From Spongospora subterranea f. sp. subterranea (taxonomy: Eukaryota), in contig JAUGWO010000034.1 in assembly GCA_049724395.1 (NCBI GenBank), positions 1 to 64,000 on the forward strand: a stretch of 64,000 bases of DNA. Reading direction: 5' to 3'. Position numbers and translations under genes: made by a program. Below are positions 25,505 to 37,898 of the stretch, piece by piece. Each line of letters starts with the position of its first letter. Position 1 is the first letter of the stretch. The notes beneath the pieces were generated by a model. That model worked only from the letters and a program-made list of their open reading frames with translations, made no database searches and had not been told where the DNA came from.

Positions 25505-27300
25505 ATGATGTCATCCAGTTCAATTTGCTTTGGGTTTTTGGTGTTCTCGTTCAGCATAACGGATTTTGTATATTCTGCCCGAACCCCATATTATGAGTTA
25601 TTAGCGTTTACTGTATGCTGTGACCATATTGTAAACGCTTTGTTCAGGATGGCATTACCCTGTGGCAAGTGGCCAACGATCGACAGTGGCATAGATCAAT
25701 TTGCTGAACACCGAACAGGAGCTGAAATCCCCAAGAATCAGAACACTGTGACGCCATTAGCTGAGCAACAATCAGGTCTGAATGACCCAACCATGATTCC
25801 TGATCCATTGTATTCATTCTCAGCTGTAACTCGTCATCATGTTCTGACGCTCTTGTTTGTTCAGGGCCAGTAATAGTATATATAGTGGGTCACGACAGAA
25901 CCCTGTACAATATCACCTGAATCTAGAGCATGAGACATATCGCCCCATATCTCAATCTGGCGAACTGCAATTACATGCTCAACGCAGATTGGGCCAGAGC
26001 ATCATCAATGAGAACAGTGAATTATCACTACAAGGTGGGAACCTGTTGAAAGAGGATGAAGAATTGCATCTCTCAATATGGTGAACAACATACAGAAGTT
26101 AGCCTGACCGATTATTTGTCCCAAAATGAATTGCCTTCAAGAGATGGATCCCAGAAAGCAATTTACTATGATTCAACATCATTAAGAGAGGAACCTCGTG
26201 AATTCTCTGACTGTGAATCTCTGATATCGGAGAAGACATTCCAGATTTATCACAATGAATGGGCATCCATCAGTTCAAATGACAATGACGTATGGGGAGT
26301 TTGGCCTGTAGATGACGATTCAAATCCAGCAGATCGATATCACAGCATGCAGCAGGGTTATGATGGCTCTTCTGAAAGCTGGGAGAACATAGATGATTTC
26401 TCGTCGGGTGGACAGCTTTCAGTTGATCGAGATTACCGTGATGCTTACGTACTCGATGGCGATACTGACGAAGAAATAGAAAGTGCACAACAAATTTTGG
26501 GTAATCCTTTCCCGCCAGACCAGATTTTGATCCTTGTTTCGATATTTAGCTGGTCTTTTAGATGACCTGAAGAGCATCAATAACTTGGATATATTCAGAG
26601 GATCTAGTGGTTTTGAAGATATCAAGTGCCGGTCGTATTGTCGAATAACCGCTGAGAAATTAGTTGAGAAATGTCTTCGTATAGCATTTATGTATGAACT
26701 TCACCAGTTTCCTATCATACTTTCATTCGTCGTCCATCTAAGCCGATCGTTTAGGGATTCAGAGACTGACTTCTTCACACGATTACTGTTTTTGCGACAA
26801 TTCGGATTGCTGTAATATCACACATAATTGTTATCATTCCCATTTGACTGATTATTGCACAGCCAGCTGAACTCGATTGTGTCCCAGAGGCTCTATATTG
26901 AACTTCAAGACATTATCTTTAGGGGTTCACACGACCCAACGATCTTTCATGTCTTACAAATAGTTCGCACCTCAGTCTTGATTGCGTTTACGTCGGTAAT
27001 GCAGCGAAATAATGAGTTCGTTGAACATGAGTATGGTTATGGGTGTTGATTATTGTCGATATAATGTGGCTACTGTTCTAGACGCTCGACGGGTCGTGAC
27101 TCTGTCGCCATTGATTCTGGTTTGGCATTATATTCTCCTGTTCGATCGTTTACTTATGTCGGTTCCTAATAGATTCTGATATGACCATCTATCAGAATTT
27201 TGTCAAAGATCTGGTTCATGAGCTTCAGATGTGTTTAAACGGCTTTTCGAATCACGCCCTTGCCGCCTTGCATGATTTCAAGCCTCACCAAATGTAGTTG
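25505..27300 (+). CDS. Hypothetical multi-exon protein, possibly secreted
   Basis: Run of plus-strand ORFs (25346, 25857, 26056, 26534, 26855); hydrophobic start MMSSSSICFGFLVFSFS; exon structure not resolved. Confidence 0.35.
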
Positions 27301-28424
27301 ATTGACATTTTCTGTATTTCTCGTCGGGAATGTCTGATGTTTGGTTCAGGATTCTCTTATTCGATTGGGACAGATCCGTTAGGTAAATAAATTTTTCGCC
27401 CATCCACATTGTATTTTCTTTGAGTTAATCGTTTTTAGTTCACAGTTGATGTTCGATATTTTTAGATATTTGTGGGTAATGATGGGCGATGAACGGTAAT
27501 GTCCATGTCCAGCTTTCTTCTTTTCGGGTGAGTTCAGTCTTCTATCAGAATCGACAAACTGAATCAGATACTGTCAAATTTGAACAATCCTGGAAAGTAA
27601 GTATTCACTTGGGATGGACCTCTGGTACTAATCTCATCTTGTTGTCAAACAGTGTCCTTAAGAGTTCCTGTATGTATATGTCAATAGGATATAGGGTCTT
27701 TATTATGGCCTGTACGTGGTATCCATCACAAATGTAATCGACCCGCTGTTCATAAGGTATGATCGACCCATTTACATTTGTGCAGAAAACACTCGGATGC
27801 TGAGGAAACCCCCTCTTACCGGTAATTATATTCCACGTTTTTATTGTCAATTCAAATTCTTCTGATGCTCTTTCTGTCTCAATAGTCAAATCCAATCTAA
27901 GCTCAATGTTAAGGAAATCCCCTTTAACTGGTAATCATATTCCATATTTGTATTGTCAATCCATACTCTTCTTATACTCGTTCTGTCTAAATAGTGCAAT
28001 CCAACTCGAACTCGCTTTATACTGTCCACCGTATATGATTTGCGTCCGTTTCTTGTACATACTTTTCTCAACGACATCACTATATTTCAGGGAAAACTCT
28101 GCTCAGGAGGTTCGTCAACTCTGTGAGGATAATCAATTCGTGGATTTCCTCAAGCGTCTTTCACATGAATGGTAGTCAGGTTCCCATCTGAGTTTTTGGA
28201 ATGATTATAACACTGTGGGATTCAGGAGCAGTGATCGATTCTTATCGTCATCATTAGCTAAAGGCGAGATGCTCAATTATCTGTGCATACCAACGTAAAT
28301 CACTATCGTGTTGTCTTCTGGTTTGGATTGACACAATATTGTGGCTCAGCGATGGCGAAGAATTCATGTCGTCAGCTGCCCTGTGTCCGCCTGAACTGTA
28401 TATGTTTCGCCTGCCGGTTTGATT

Positions 28425-29455
28425 CTCATACTTGACTAACACGTGTTTAGAAAAGATATGATTCATGCCATATTGACTAAGGACACACCTACACAACGGT
28501 ATCAGGCTTGGTCTCGGTTAAGGTCAAGGTAATCTATAGTTCCAAGTTACTTTCAATGCTCATGATGGTCTGACATTGCTGTTTAGCCAGCATCGGACTT
28601 CTCAACATTTTTTCAAGTATCTCAACCGGTACAACTTTCGATTTTTATGGTGCTTTCATAAATACTCACTCTTGCGTAGCATCCTCGATCACAATCCGGA
28701 TTATTGCTATGTTTTTTTCACAACAGATTGTTCCGATCAATTGTGGCGCAAATGGGATGAATTTATCCTGACGGACGACTATGTACGTCTCCTAGCAAGA
28801 GATCGGTATTATGTCATGTCCCATCATTGTCATATGATTCTGATAAAGAATGTAAATCATGGCAGGGCAATCGAAAAATTCGAAAAGCGAGTTATCGAAT
28901 CAGAGCTGGAAGAACTTGTCACCGCATTACACGGTGATCTTAAAACCTCCAGAACTGATGCTGCATTAACCACAATTTAAGAGTCCGGTTATCATTACAG
29001 CTTGCGTTAAGGATCCGGAACTTGGTGACCAAGGATAGAATTTCATTGTCTAGATAAACACGGTTATCACACAACCGCTTCCCTATCATAACAGAGTGAT
29101 CAACAGTGGATTCCCGAGGAACCGGATCTTTGTTGAGCGTTCGACCGATATGTATATCCAATGTTGTGTCTATTCAGAAGGTCTTCGACTTGATGCATTA
29201 CTCCCAAATGATCCCTTTCCGGAAGGTGAAGCAATGTTGCTATGTATTGAACCTGGATGTATTGCTATTATAAGGAGACCCTCAGATGTTCGATAGTAGG
29301 AGACGATGATGTCAATGATAATCAAAGATTGGTTCAAATGGATTATTAGGTTAATACACTGATCGGCAATCAGATGACTCTTGAAATCGCTCAGGGCATC
29401 TATCGATCTCACATGGGTATTGGTTTTCCCCTCATTAACATCATTAATATGTCTC

Positions 29456-29504
<49 letters not shown>

Positions 29505-29535
29505 CAAACGCGTCAAACACCTGAATGTGGGAAAT
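28425..29535. repeat. Copy A of a diverged ~1.1-kb duplication (partner 31045-32160)
   Basis: Collinear shared blocks such as ggtacaacttt, tggcgcaaatgg, acggacgactat, agataaacacggttat, gaggaaccggatcttt and cctgaatgtg. Confidence 0.85.
29459..29503. repeat. (AC)n microsatellite, ~22 units
   Basis: Direct reading. Confidence 0.98.
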
Positions 29536-30930
29536 CGTGAGACCTCCCCCAGCATACCATCATATGCCCTTCGGTTGCGACCTGGGGCCTACGAAATTCT
29601 TCGAAAACCTCTTTGCCCGTGGATGCGATTACGGTCTGGAAGAACCAGTGGTACTTCCCACAACTAATCCATCGACATCTCAATCAAGTGATCCTTCAAC
29701 ATCTTTCTTATGGACCCCTTGTCCGAAATCCAAACCCGAAACCGTCTGAAATCCTTCTTTCCCATCTTCTTCTTTTTATCACCTTAATATGCTGTCTGTA
29801 GGTTTAAGCAACAACAGCAACAGAGAAATTGAATGATGAACCAGTTGTTACAACGATTCTGTACCGAATCACCAGCTGGACCCCAAGTAACCCCTCATTT
29901 TCATTCCCGGCGCCCGTAGAAGCTTTGTCCATAACTTCTTGTAAACTGTCCACGTTTATTTAGTGAATCTATTTCTACCGATGACACCTTCCGCTACCCC
30001 GGCCCAGCGGATATCGGATGATGATCGCTTGATTGTTCTCAAGTTGGTCTCTTTCCAGACACGCTCCACAAAACTAACCAGATTCCTGCCTGATGAAGTT
30101 AGATTGCAACATTTTTTCCCTGGTGTTTAGTTGGGCAATCCCAGGAGTATGTTCGGCTGAGAGGGATTGGGGGTATCGGGTGTGTCACAAGTTGAATCTC
30201 ACCCGTCCTAAGATCATTGAACCCCTCTGACTACTCCTATCTACATATCCCAACCAGACGGATTGCTCAAGCAGAGCGAGGAACACCAAAGTCTGTTTAC
30301 TCAGAAAGCCTTATATGGTCTCAATCAGGCCGGTTGCGAATGGCAAACAACCCTATTCAACAACCTACCGGAACAGTCAATCACGCGATCAAAGAAAAAA
30401 CTCTGCATCAGGTATAAATTACAGGAGAACCGATCGACAATCATAGGTATCTACGTTGATTATCAGCAAAGTTACGGTCGTCATTCCGGATGATGGCACT
30501 GTGGTCGAAGATCCACTACAGGAATGCTGATCACTGTCCTCGAAAGCAACATTGAGTTGCACTTTCAGCGACGGAAGCGGAGTATATGGCCGCAAGCGAT
30601 ACCATGTAGAGAAGTCATTTAAGTACGCGATATACTGATCGAACTCAACCAATTATATATAGAACGGCGCCACTATTCAAGATAACCGAGGAGCTATTTT
30701 CCTGGAAAAGAACAACTGCTCGAACTCGCGTTCTGAACATGCTGACGTGAGGACCATTTCACCCGCGAGAAGATACAGCTAAAGCGAATAGAAATAGTAT
30801 CCTGTCCTACGACAGACATGGTCGCTGACATCTTCACCAACCCAATTGGCGAAACAGACTTGTTAGAGTTCAAAAAGAAGATGCAGATGAATACTTTACA
30901 TGATGAGCGGGCGCATTGCGAAGGGCAGTG
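29535..30930 (+). mobile_element. Degraded Ty1/copia retrotransposon fragment
   Basis: RT motifs KALYGLNQAGCEW and IIGIYVD (30263-30493); copia RNase H DNRGAIFL...CPTTDMVADIFT (~30680-30845). Confidence 0.85.
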
Positions 30931-31044
30931 TTAACCTACAAGCGCTGCGACCACGTTCATCGTACTCTGAAACTCGGATTTACTCACGATCCGTTGCTAT
31001 CAACAAGTTGAAGCGGCTGTCGTAACCATCTTACACATCGGTGA

Positions 31045-32160
31045 GATCATACTGCACTTGACGAGCACGTGTTATAGAGAGTCGATCAGATGTGAATTAT
31101 CAGCTCCGCTCCGAATCGCCTAAATTCATAGACCTGTTTCAGAATCGTCGTCCACAAAGACGGAAGACGGTATGTACTTTCACGTTCCCTGAGCTGCTGA
31201 GAAAGGTCTGAAATTGCTGTTAGCAATGATAGGATCGTCTCTCGGATTGCCAAACGATTGTTTCAAGGAATATCTCAACTGGTACAACTTTTGATGTTAT
31301 ACTTCATCTAAATATTCACTCTGCGTAGGAACTTTACTACTAACCCACATTATTTCATATTGTTTTTCCAAGATTGGGATGCAGAGAGTTTGTCGATCAG
31401 TTATGGCGCAAATGGAAGGAATTTCGCCAGACGGACGACTATATTTGTCGCTCAACAATGACATTGGTATAATGTCATGTCGCATTTACCGTTTGTTGCT
31501 GATAAGGCATGTAAACTATGGTTCAGGATAGTCAAAAACTTCGTCAAGCCATCAATTGATGCGGCAGAAGTGGAAGGATTTTTCTCCGTTTTACTTCGAA
31601 GGCTAGCAGCCTAGAACGATATCGCATCAACCACAGAATTAGATTCCTGTTTTTGATGTAGATAAATAGAGCTTGCATTGAGGATCCGGAATTTGACGGC
31701 CAAGTTTGAATTTCAATGCCCAGATAAACACGGTTATGACGTAACCGCTCCGATTAATTCAACAGTGTTCGACGTCATCAACACTGGATTCTGGAGGAAC
31801 CGGATCTTTTGTTGAGTGTGCTGGTTCAGGAGGTCTTCGACGTAATACTACTTCGAAAGATGAAGCAAATGTTGCTATATTGTTAGTTAATTGAACCTGA
31901 CTCGATATTGCTGTCTGAAATAAATAATGAGACCCTGATGTTCGATATTGCGAATGTGGTTGATGAATGGAGATCGGTTCAACCCGATGATTAGGTGAGA
32001 TAAGTTAGGGGTGTTGTGACGACTGATGGGCAACCAGATGACTCTTTCTTGAAAATCGCTGAGAACATCCATGGACCTCACATCGGAATGGTTTTTCCCC
32101 TTTGTGAACATCATTCATATGTCGCTAGACAACACACTTCAACCGCCTGAATGTGTGAAA
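31045..32160. repeat. Copy B of the diverged duplication
   Basis: Collinear with 28425-29535; includes the intact last exon of the zinc-finger gene. Confidence 0.85.
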
Positions 32161-32811
32161 CAATTGTGCTCCACCATACCATCATATTGCCTTTCTCAGC
32201 GAACGCTTTATTGCATTTGGGGTAGCTGCAAAGGAACGGTTTCTCGCCCGTATGCTTCCTGATATGCCTGGCTAATGCACATGGCTTTCTGAACGCCATC
32301 AAGCACGACTCGAATGTGCAAAAATGACGTGGCAGGTGCCTTGATGTATCTGATCAACACAATCAGAACACTATGGAACGTGGTTCGGAGCACAATTACT
32401 GGGATTTCGTGGCGGTAGCAGCGGCGACGGCGGTTGTAATGGTGTAATCGGACTCGTCGTCGTGATCGGATAAGCAGGAACCAATGTGATCCGGGGCGAC
32501 ACAGTTTGCTGGGTTTTGCTGCGATCAGTCTCACAGAATGGGCAGATTGGTTTATCGAGATATAAACGGCTGCACAATAGGCACAACCGCACTGGACAAC
32601 AGCTGGCTCTGAACGCGGCGGCGTCGCCGTCACATTCGAAAAATCGATAACAGCACGGGCAGATCCGTTCAGATATGGAGAGCAACGTCGGCCGGAATCC
32701 ATCCGTTGGCAGCTCTGGTGAGGCGTCAATCCGTCGACGTAACTGAGCATTATGAGCAGATTTATCTTCGGTTGAGATAATGGGTTTCAAGTAGGGTTGA
32801 CTGCCGATCAT
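32005..32811 (-). CDS. C2H2 zinc-finger protein (3 fingers) with an N-terminal Cys-rich RING-like region
   Basis: CTFESCLMAFRKPCALARHIRKHTGEKPFLCSYPKCNKAFAEKGNMM, intron gtatgg..tctag, then RHMNDVHKGEKPFRCEVHGCSQRFSRKSHLVAHQSSQHP*; N-terminal CPCC...CC..CLLC...CPFC. Confidence 0.85.
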
Positions 32812-32832
32812 GATCGCGTCCCCAGGAAGTGA

Positions 32833-33636
32833 TCATACGACCCTTTCGGGATTCGAGCTCCTCCCTATTATCATTAAGGATGCTCGATATTTCTGCGGAA
32901 CGTGCCGAGCAGCCGAAGCAACGGCGCGACAAATATCGTCATGGTTGATCGCACAGAATGGTGCTTGACGCCCTATGTTGGCCGACGTTTCTTTTTGGCT
33001 GTGGCACTTAGATCGTGAACGACATCTCCCAGAAATCATTCCGCCGCAGCCGAATTGGATTGTAAGGAGTATGGGAGATGATGGACTGACCGGTGATGGA
33101 CCCTCTGCCCGACACCCTTAGAAAGTTGGGAAAAAAGGATGATCTGAGCTTTAATCCATGCAAATCTGCAGCAGTTTGGCGAATAGCTGATAGTTCATGA
33201 TCAAAACTGGTCGGAAAACAGCGACAATACATACAAAACTGATCATCGCCCAACAGGAATGGAATAATTTACATTAAACCAGAACGCAATCATCGGGATT
33301 AGTGGATAATATCTGCAAAAGATGAGCACCGAATTGCTGACATGTCACCGTTCTTTTTGACTCGTGATATGATTTGCGCTGCGTTGATCTATATCAAAAC
33401 CGTTGATTGGAGCTCAGATAGCTCCAAAACCACTTCTTTAATATTCTCTGTTAAAAAGGAGTAGAAATCTGGAAATAACGCCCTTTACAGTCGAGATCAG
33501 CCAAGCATATTGCATCAAATAACCCAATGTGACGGTTGAGATTCCAAGAAGCCTTTGATTCGAGCAGTGGCGCAATGTGACATTCGCGCAGCCGATTCTT
33601 TGATTCAGGAATAATATGGCTGATAACAGCATCCAT
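32833..33636 (-). CDS. Hypothetical spliced protein
   Basis: Consecutive short minus-strand ORFs filling the gap between two recognised genes; no domain recognised. Confidence 0.35.
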
Positions 33637-33701
33637 TTACAATCGATCGATAATAAGACGCTTTAATATGATAATAATTACAGTGACAAGGTAATTGTGT
33701 T

Positions 33702-35966
33702 TTAATCGTCAAGAAGCTGCTTTAAGCGAAAAATAATCGGCGCAAGATGTGGCATCCTGGTTTGAACGGCAGTAAGAATTGCATCGATATGGGAAAATGA
33801 TTGATTCATCTCTTCCATCCTGCCGGGGACTAGTTCGAGCAGAGTGCCGAGGGCAACGAGGAGTTTTACTACTAACGCGTCACTGGTCAGTCGATCGTCG
33901 ATGGCATGCATCACTTGGTGTAGCAAATGTAACCTCTGAACGCTGGAGAGATGAGGTGATAAAAGGCAATAGTTTCCTAATATGTAATGGTTCAACGACC
34001 AGAACTTATAGCCCAGAAAACTTCTATACCAAGTAACTCAACGGCGAACAATGACTCCATTGGGCTGCCTGAATTAACCAGCGGCAAACAGACACCAATC
34101 ATCTGATCATAACATCAAAAAAAAAGTTATCAAACAACCGTACAAGTACATGGGAAAAAGAGGATGTGGCGAATTGCTGCCAACGTCGATGTGTGAACGA
34201 GGTGGCTGTAAGATTAATAGTGAATGCAAGACATGTAAGCACTATATCGGAGTTCGTTGATCTGTCGATGCAAATTGATGTTATTCGGGGGAGTAACGAA
34301 TGGGACAACGTATCCAGCTGTGAAATTCGCTCCATCGCTTGAACAAAATAACCATCAGTGAAAAAAAACATTCAACACAGGAAGTACCTCGGCGTTGACG
34401 AATTACTGACGCGCAAAGGCCGATCACATGGGAAGGAATTTCATCGATAACGTCAAGTAAAAGTACAAGAAGCTCCATGTCTGTATCGGCGATTTGGGCA
34501 TCAAACGATGAACCAGCAAGCCTACGAGACAAGTAAAAATTAGTCGCTATAAACGCCATGGAAATAGGATACCTTCTTTGCAGTTCCATTAAATCACTCA
34601 TTTGTTGCGAAGTCGTTAATCGGATACTGAAGGGTTGGGATGCTCCAGGAATATTCTCTTGCAGCGTGGAATCCAAGACGACAAAAGCGTGCCTGGTGCT
34701 AAACAGAGGTGGTACCCGGCGAGTTGACAGTTCTGGTGCAGGTTGCTGAACAAGAACGCCTGGAGGATTATCCTACGGTTTGAGTGAAAACTACAAGAAA
34801 TAATTGCTGATGATTATTCACTCACACAAGCAACGACATCTGAATGGTCCTTCTCCGCTACCACAGTTACAAAAAGAATCATCTGATGACCTCAATTCGC
34901 CAAGATCGTGGCCAGCATGACAAACTTCCGCGCATGCAAGACATATTCCGCGACCTGCAAACTGTCAATCGGTGTTAACAACAGAAAACATGGCCCTGCG
35001 TAACCATTATCAAGAGTGCATGTACGACAGCTACGGTATTGTTGAGGAACAAAACGATTTCTAGAAACAGAGAATGAACATTGTCGTCTACTTAACGCTT
35101 GTTGAACGGACTGCAACAGATTCTCCCTTGCTCGAGGATCTCCGCCCGCTTCCGCATCTGACAAAAACATATTCAAAACCACAAAAGTAAATAGGGAGTA
35201 AATTTCCAAAAAAGAAAAAAAAACTCGAGCTGGACTTTAAACATCAACACGTTGCATTACTCTGCGAGATTATAATCTGGGACATCAATTGGCTAATTTG
35301 GATAGGGGTCAGGCTCGCATCAACGTTGGGATCGTTGGCGTGCGCCACAAGCCAATTTAAGGCTCGTTGCAAATTCAAAGAGTTCAGTAACAGCGCTTTT
35401 AAAACGCGTGCTTCAGGAAAGCCCAACGCCATTAACGGCTCTCGCAGCGACCGAGGTACGTTGCTGGTCAACGATGAGCTGATTAAACATCAAATCATTG
35501 AACAAAATACTGTAAAAACCTTCCTAAAAATTCGAGTGCTTCGTTCAAAGGTATTTCATACGATAATGGAACAGACTCAATTGCCACTCCCGCTTCCGGA
35601 ACTAGAATGGTTTCAAAGCGGCAGATTTCGTCGGCCATGGCTTCACGTTCACGATCAACGATAAAAGCAACCAGAGCAAGGTCATTAAAATCGCCAGCAA
35701 TATCGATGAGATTCAAAAGAGGGTCCAAAGGTTCACCATCGTGGACAACGACAACCAGATCGGAAGCAATACCGAGGCGCGCCGCCAGATGTTGTTGGAC
35801 TTGGACGACACTGGAGGCCTCAACGCTCACCGTATCGCGAAGGTCGGTTCCAATAACGCGGATCAAACACTGAACCGAGGTGGTCATCAGGTGCTGCCTC
35901 GTCAGGCTCGAGCCGTTATCATACTGAACCAATCATTGTTTATACAATCGCGTTGAGTCGGTTCAT
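33702..35966 (-). CDS. Multi-exon protein with UBL-like, UBA, UBR-box zinc finger and PUL-like domains
   Basis: UBA LMALGFPEARVLKALLLNSLNLQRALNWLVAH; UBR box CSFSVS...QQYRSCRTC...CLACAEVCHAGH...FCNCG; PUL-like LGNYCLL...KLLVALGTLL; start codon uncertain. Confidence 0.75.
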
Positions 35967-37898
35967 GATTGATAAGCCAGGCTGCGCAATTGACCAGACG
36001 CAATTCACACAGGTCTGTGAAGAACTCTTGACACGCGTGCCACGATTGTCACCCTTGCCACGCAAACTTGACCCGACAAGGTGGCGTAACGGGCGTAACC
36101 ACATCAAGGTTGATCTGACGTCGAAATCAATTCTTGGACAGAGACTCCAGCTTAGTTTGAAGTTAGGCGGTTAACAGATCGGGTTCATTATTACTGATCT
36201 ATCAGGATTGAGACTCCCCGACTCCAAGACCTTGATTGCTTGTGAATTGTTTTTGAGGGAGGACAAGCTCGCTGAGCTTTTTTTCGTTGCGATCAATCAT
36301 GATCGAGGGAATCGTGTGGAAAATTCAAAGGAAGAGCGATTGTGCCCTGATCGCCAACAAATATGCCGCCTTTTGGAATGGAATAAACCATCCCTATGAG
36401 GAGCTTTTGACAGACAGATCTGCGCTTTTGAATTCGTTACTCAAAAACAACTTTTCGGTGTCATTGATCGTCGAGCGGTGCGATTAGTACCGTCAAGACG
36501 CTGAGCGTTGCTGAAAAGGAGCGAAACCTCAGGCAAGTCGTGTCAATGTGGGGGTCAATCTTCTGTCGCGATGGCCAAATGGGTCGATTCATTTAACCTG
36601 TCCAATTCTTGCCATGTAGGAAGTTGAATCGGTTGGCGACAAGGTCTTATGACAACTGTGTGCAGTGTCACCGACTCCATGTCTGTGATGTCCTCTATTA
36701 CCGCTATTTCTCGCACATAGATTGGATACCTCATGCCTTTTACTAAAAAACAACTTTTCGGTGTCATTGATCTGCTCACAGACCTGGAGCACATGGACAA
36801 GGTTGACACTTTGCTCCACCGGCTTCTCCAGCTCGGCGAGATATCATTGAAAAGTTGTTCTCGAGTCGAAAGGCATCGATGCGATCGATGAAACATCGAT
36901 GCGTTGCACACAGCTGTCATCAATCTTTTCGCCAAAAAATCCAACTTCACATCATCGCAAGAATTCGATGCATTGAACCCTGTGGTCAGAACAAAAGTGA
37001 TGCTGCTGGTTAACTACGTCCACAGAGGATTACCGCTCGATTGCACAAATATGGTCCTCTTTCGAATAACAGACAGGGCAGGCGAAACCTCGACGGTGCG
37101 GGTACAAAATCTGACGTCGATCGAGAAGCCGCAACTTGTCAAGGTGATTTACCAATCGATTAAGGATTAAAGAGAGCTGACGGCGAACGCCAGAACGTTT
37201 TTTTCATTTTGTTGTTCCGATTACAACTGCTTGACGAGCCACTTAATGTGTGCGAGAGCGATTCCCTACTGGGTACCCAAATCCACCTTTCATGCCAAAG
37301 ATTGCAACAAAAACGAACCTGCTTGTCAACAAAAAAGCTGAGCGCAATATGCATTGTCTATCTTTCCGCTTCCACAGCCTTCATTACGTGCCTGTAGTTT
37401 TAGTGTCACCAGAACCAATCTGCTGGGCGATGAAACCACATGACACCTTCCAATACTAGCCCTCAAATATTGGGTGGTGTCACACGCTATGAAGACTGTG
37501 TATTGCGTCCATAACCGTGCTCATATTTGGTATTGGGAACATATCAATGGACCCAGCCCCCCCCCCTGCTTCGACCCCACTTTTGGGGGCCCAGAGCAAC
37601 AAAGAAAGTCTTCAACAATATTTCTTCACCTGAAATTTGTGATGGGTTTAAATGACAAAAGTCTATCCTTTGAGTTGAATATGATAATGGTAGGCACAAT
37701 TCACCATGGCCGTGGGTCTAAAAGCGAAAACTGCAAAATGTGAAAAATGGGTAGAAGTTTCGTACCTGAGGTCGTTGTAGCTGGAAATCAAGTTTGTCAA
37801 TCTAGGCATAATTGAGTACGCCTCATGAGCTTACGACGCCAGCAGTGAATAGATTTTGAATTTATTATACTATTATTAAGATTAGGTATGTTTTCGTT

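Noticed and set aside
27605..28200. Minus-strand ORF pair as a gene
   Set aside because: Frames are discontinuous, no domain recognised and no clear splice sites
29170..29667. CVCVCV / THTHTH ORFs
   Set aside because: Translations of the (AC)n microsatellite
36000..37460. Possible decayed helicase or transposon ORF (TKVMLLVN; aaaaacaacttttcggtgtcattgatc duplicated at ~36443 and ~36746)
   Set aside because: No Walker or DDE motifs found; too fragmentary to assign
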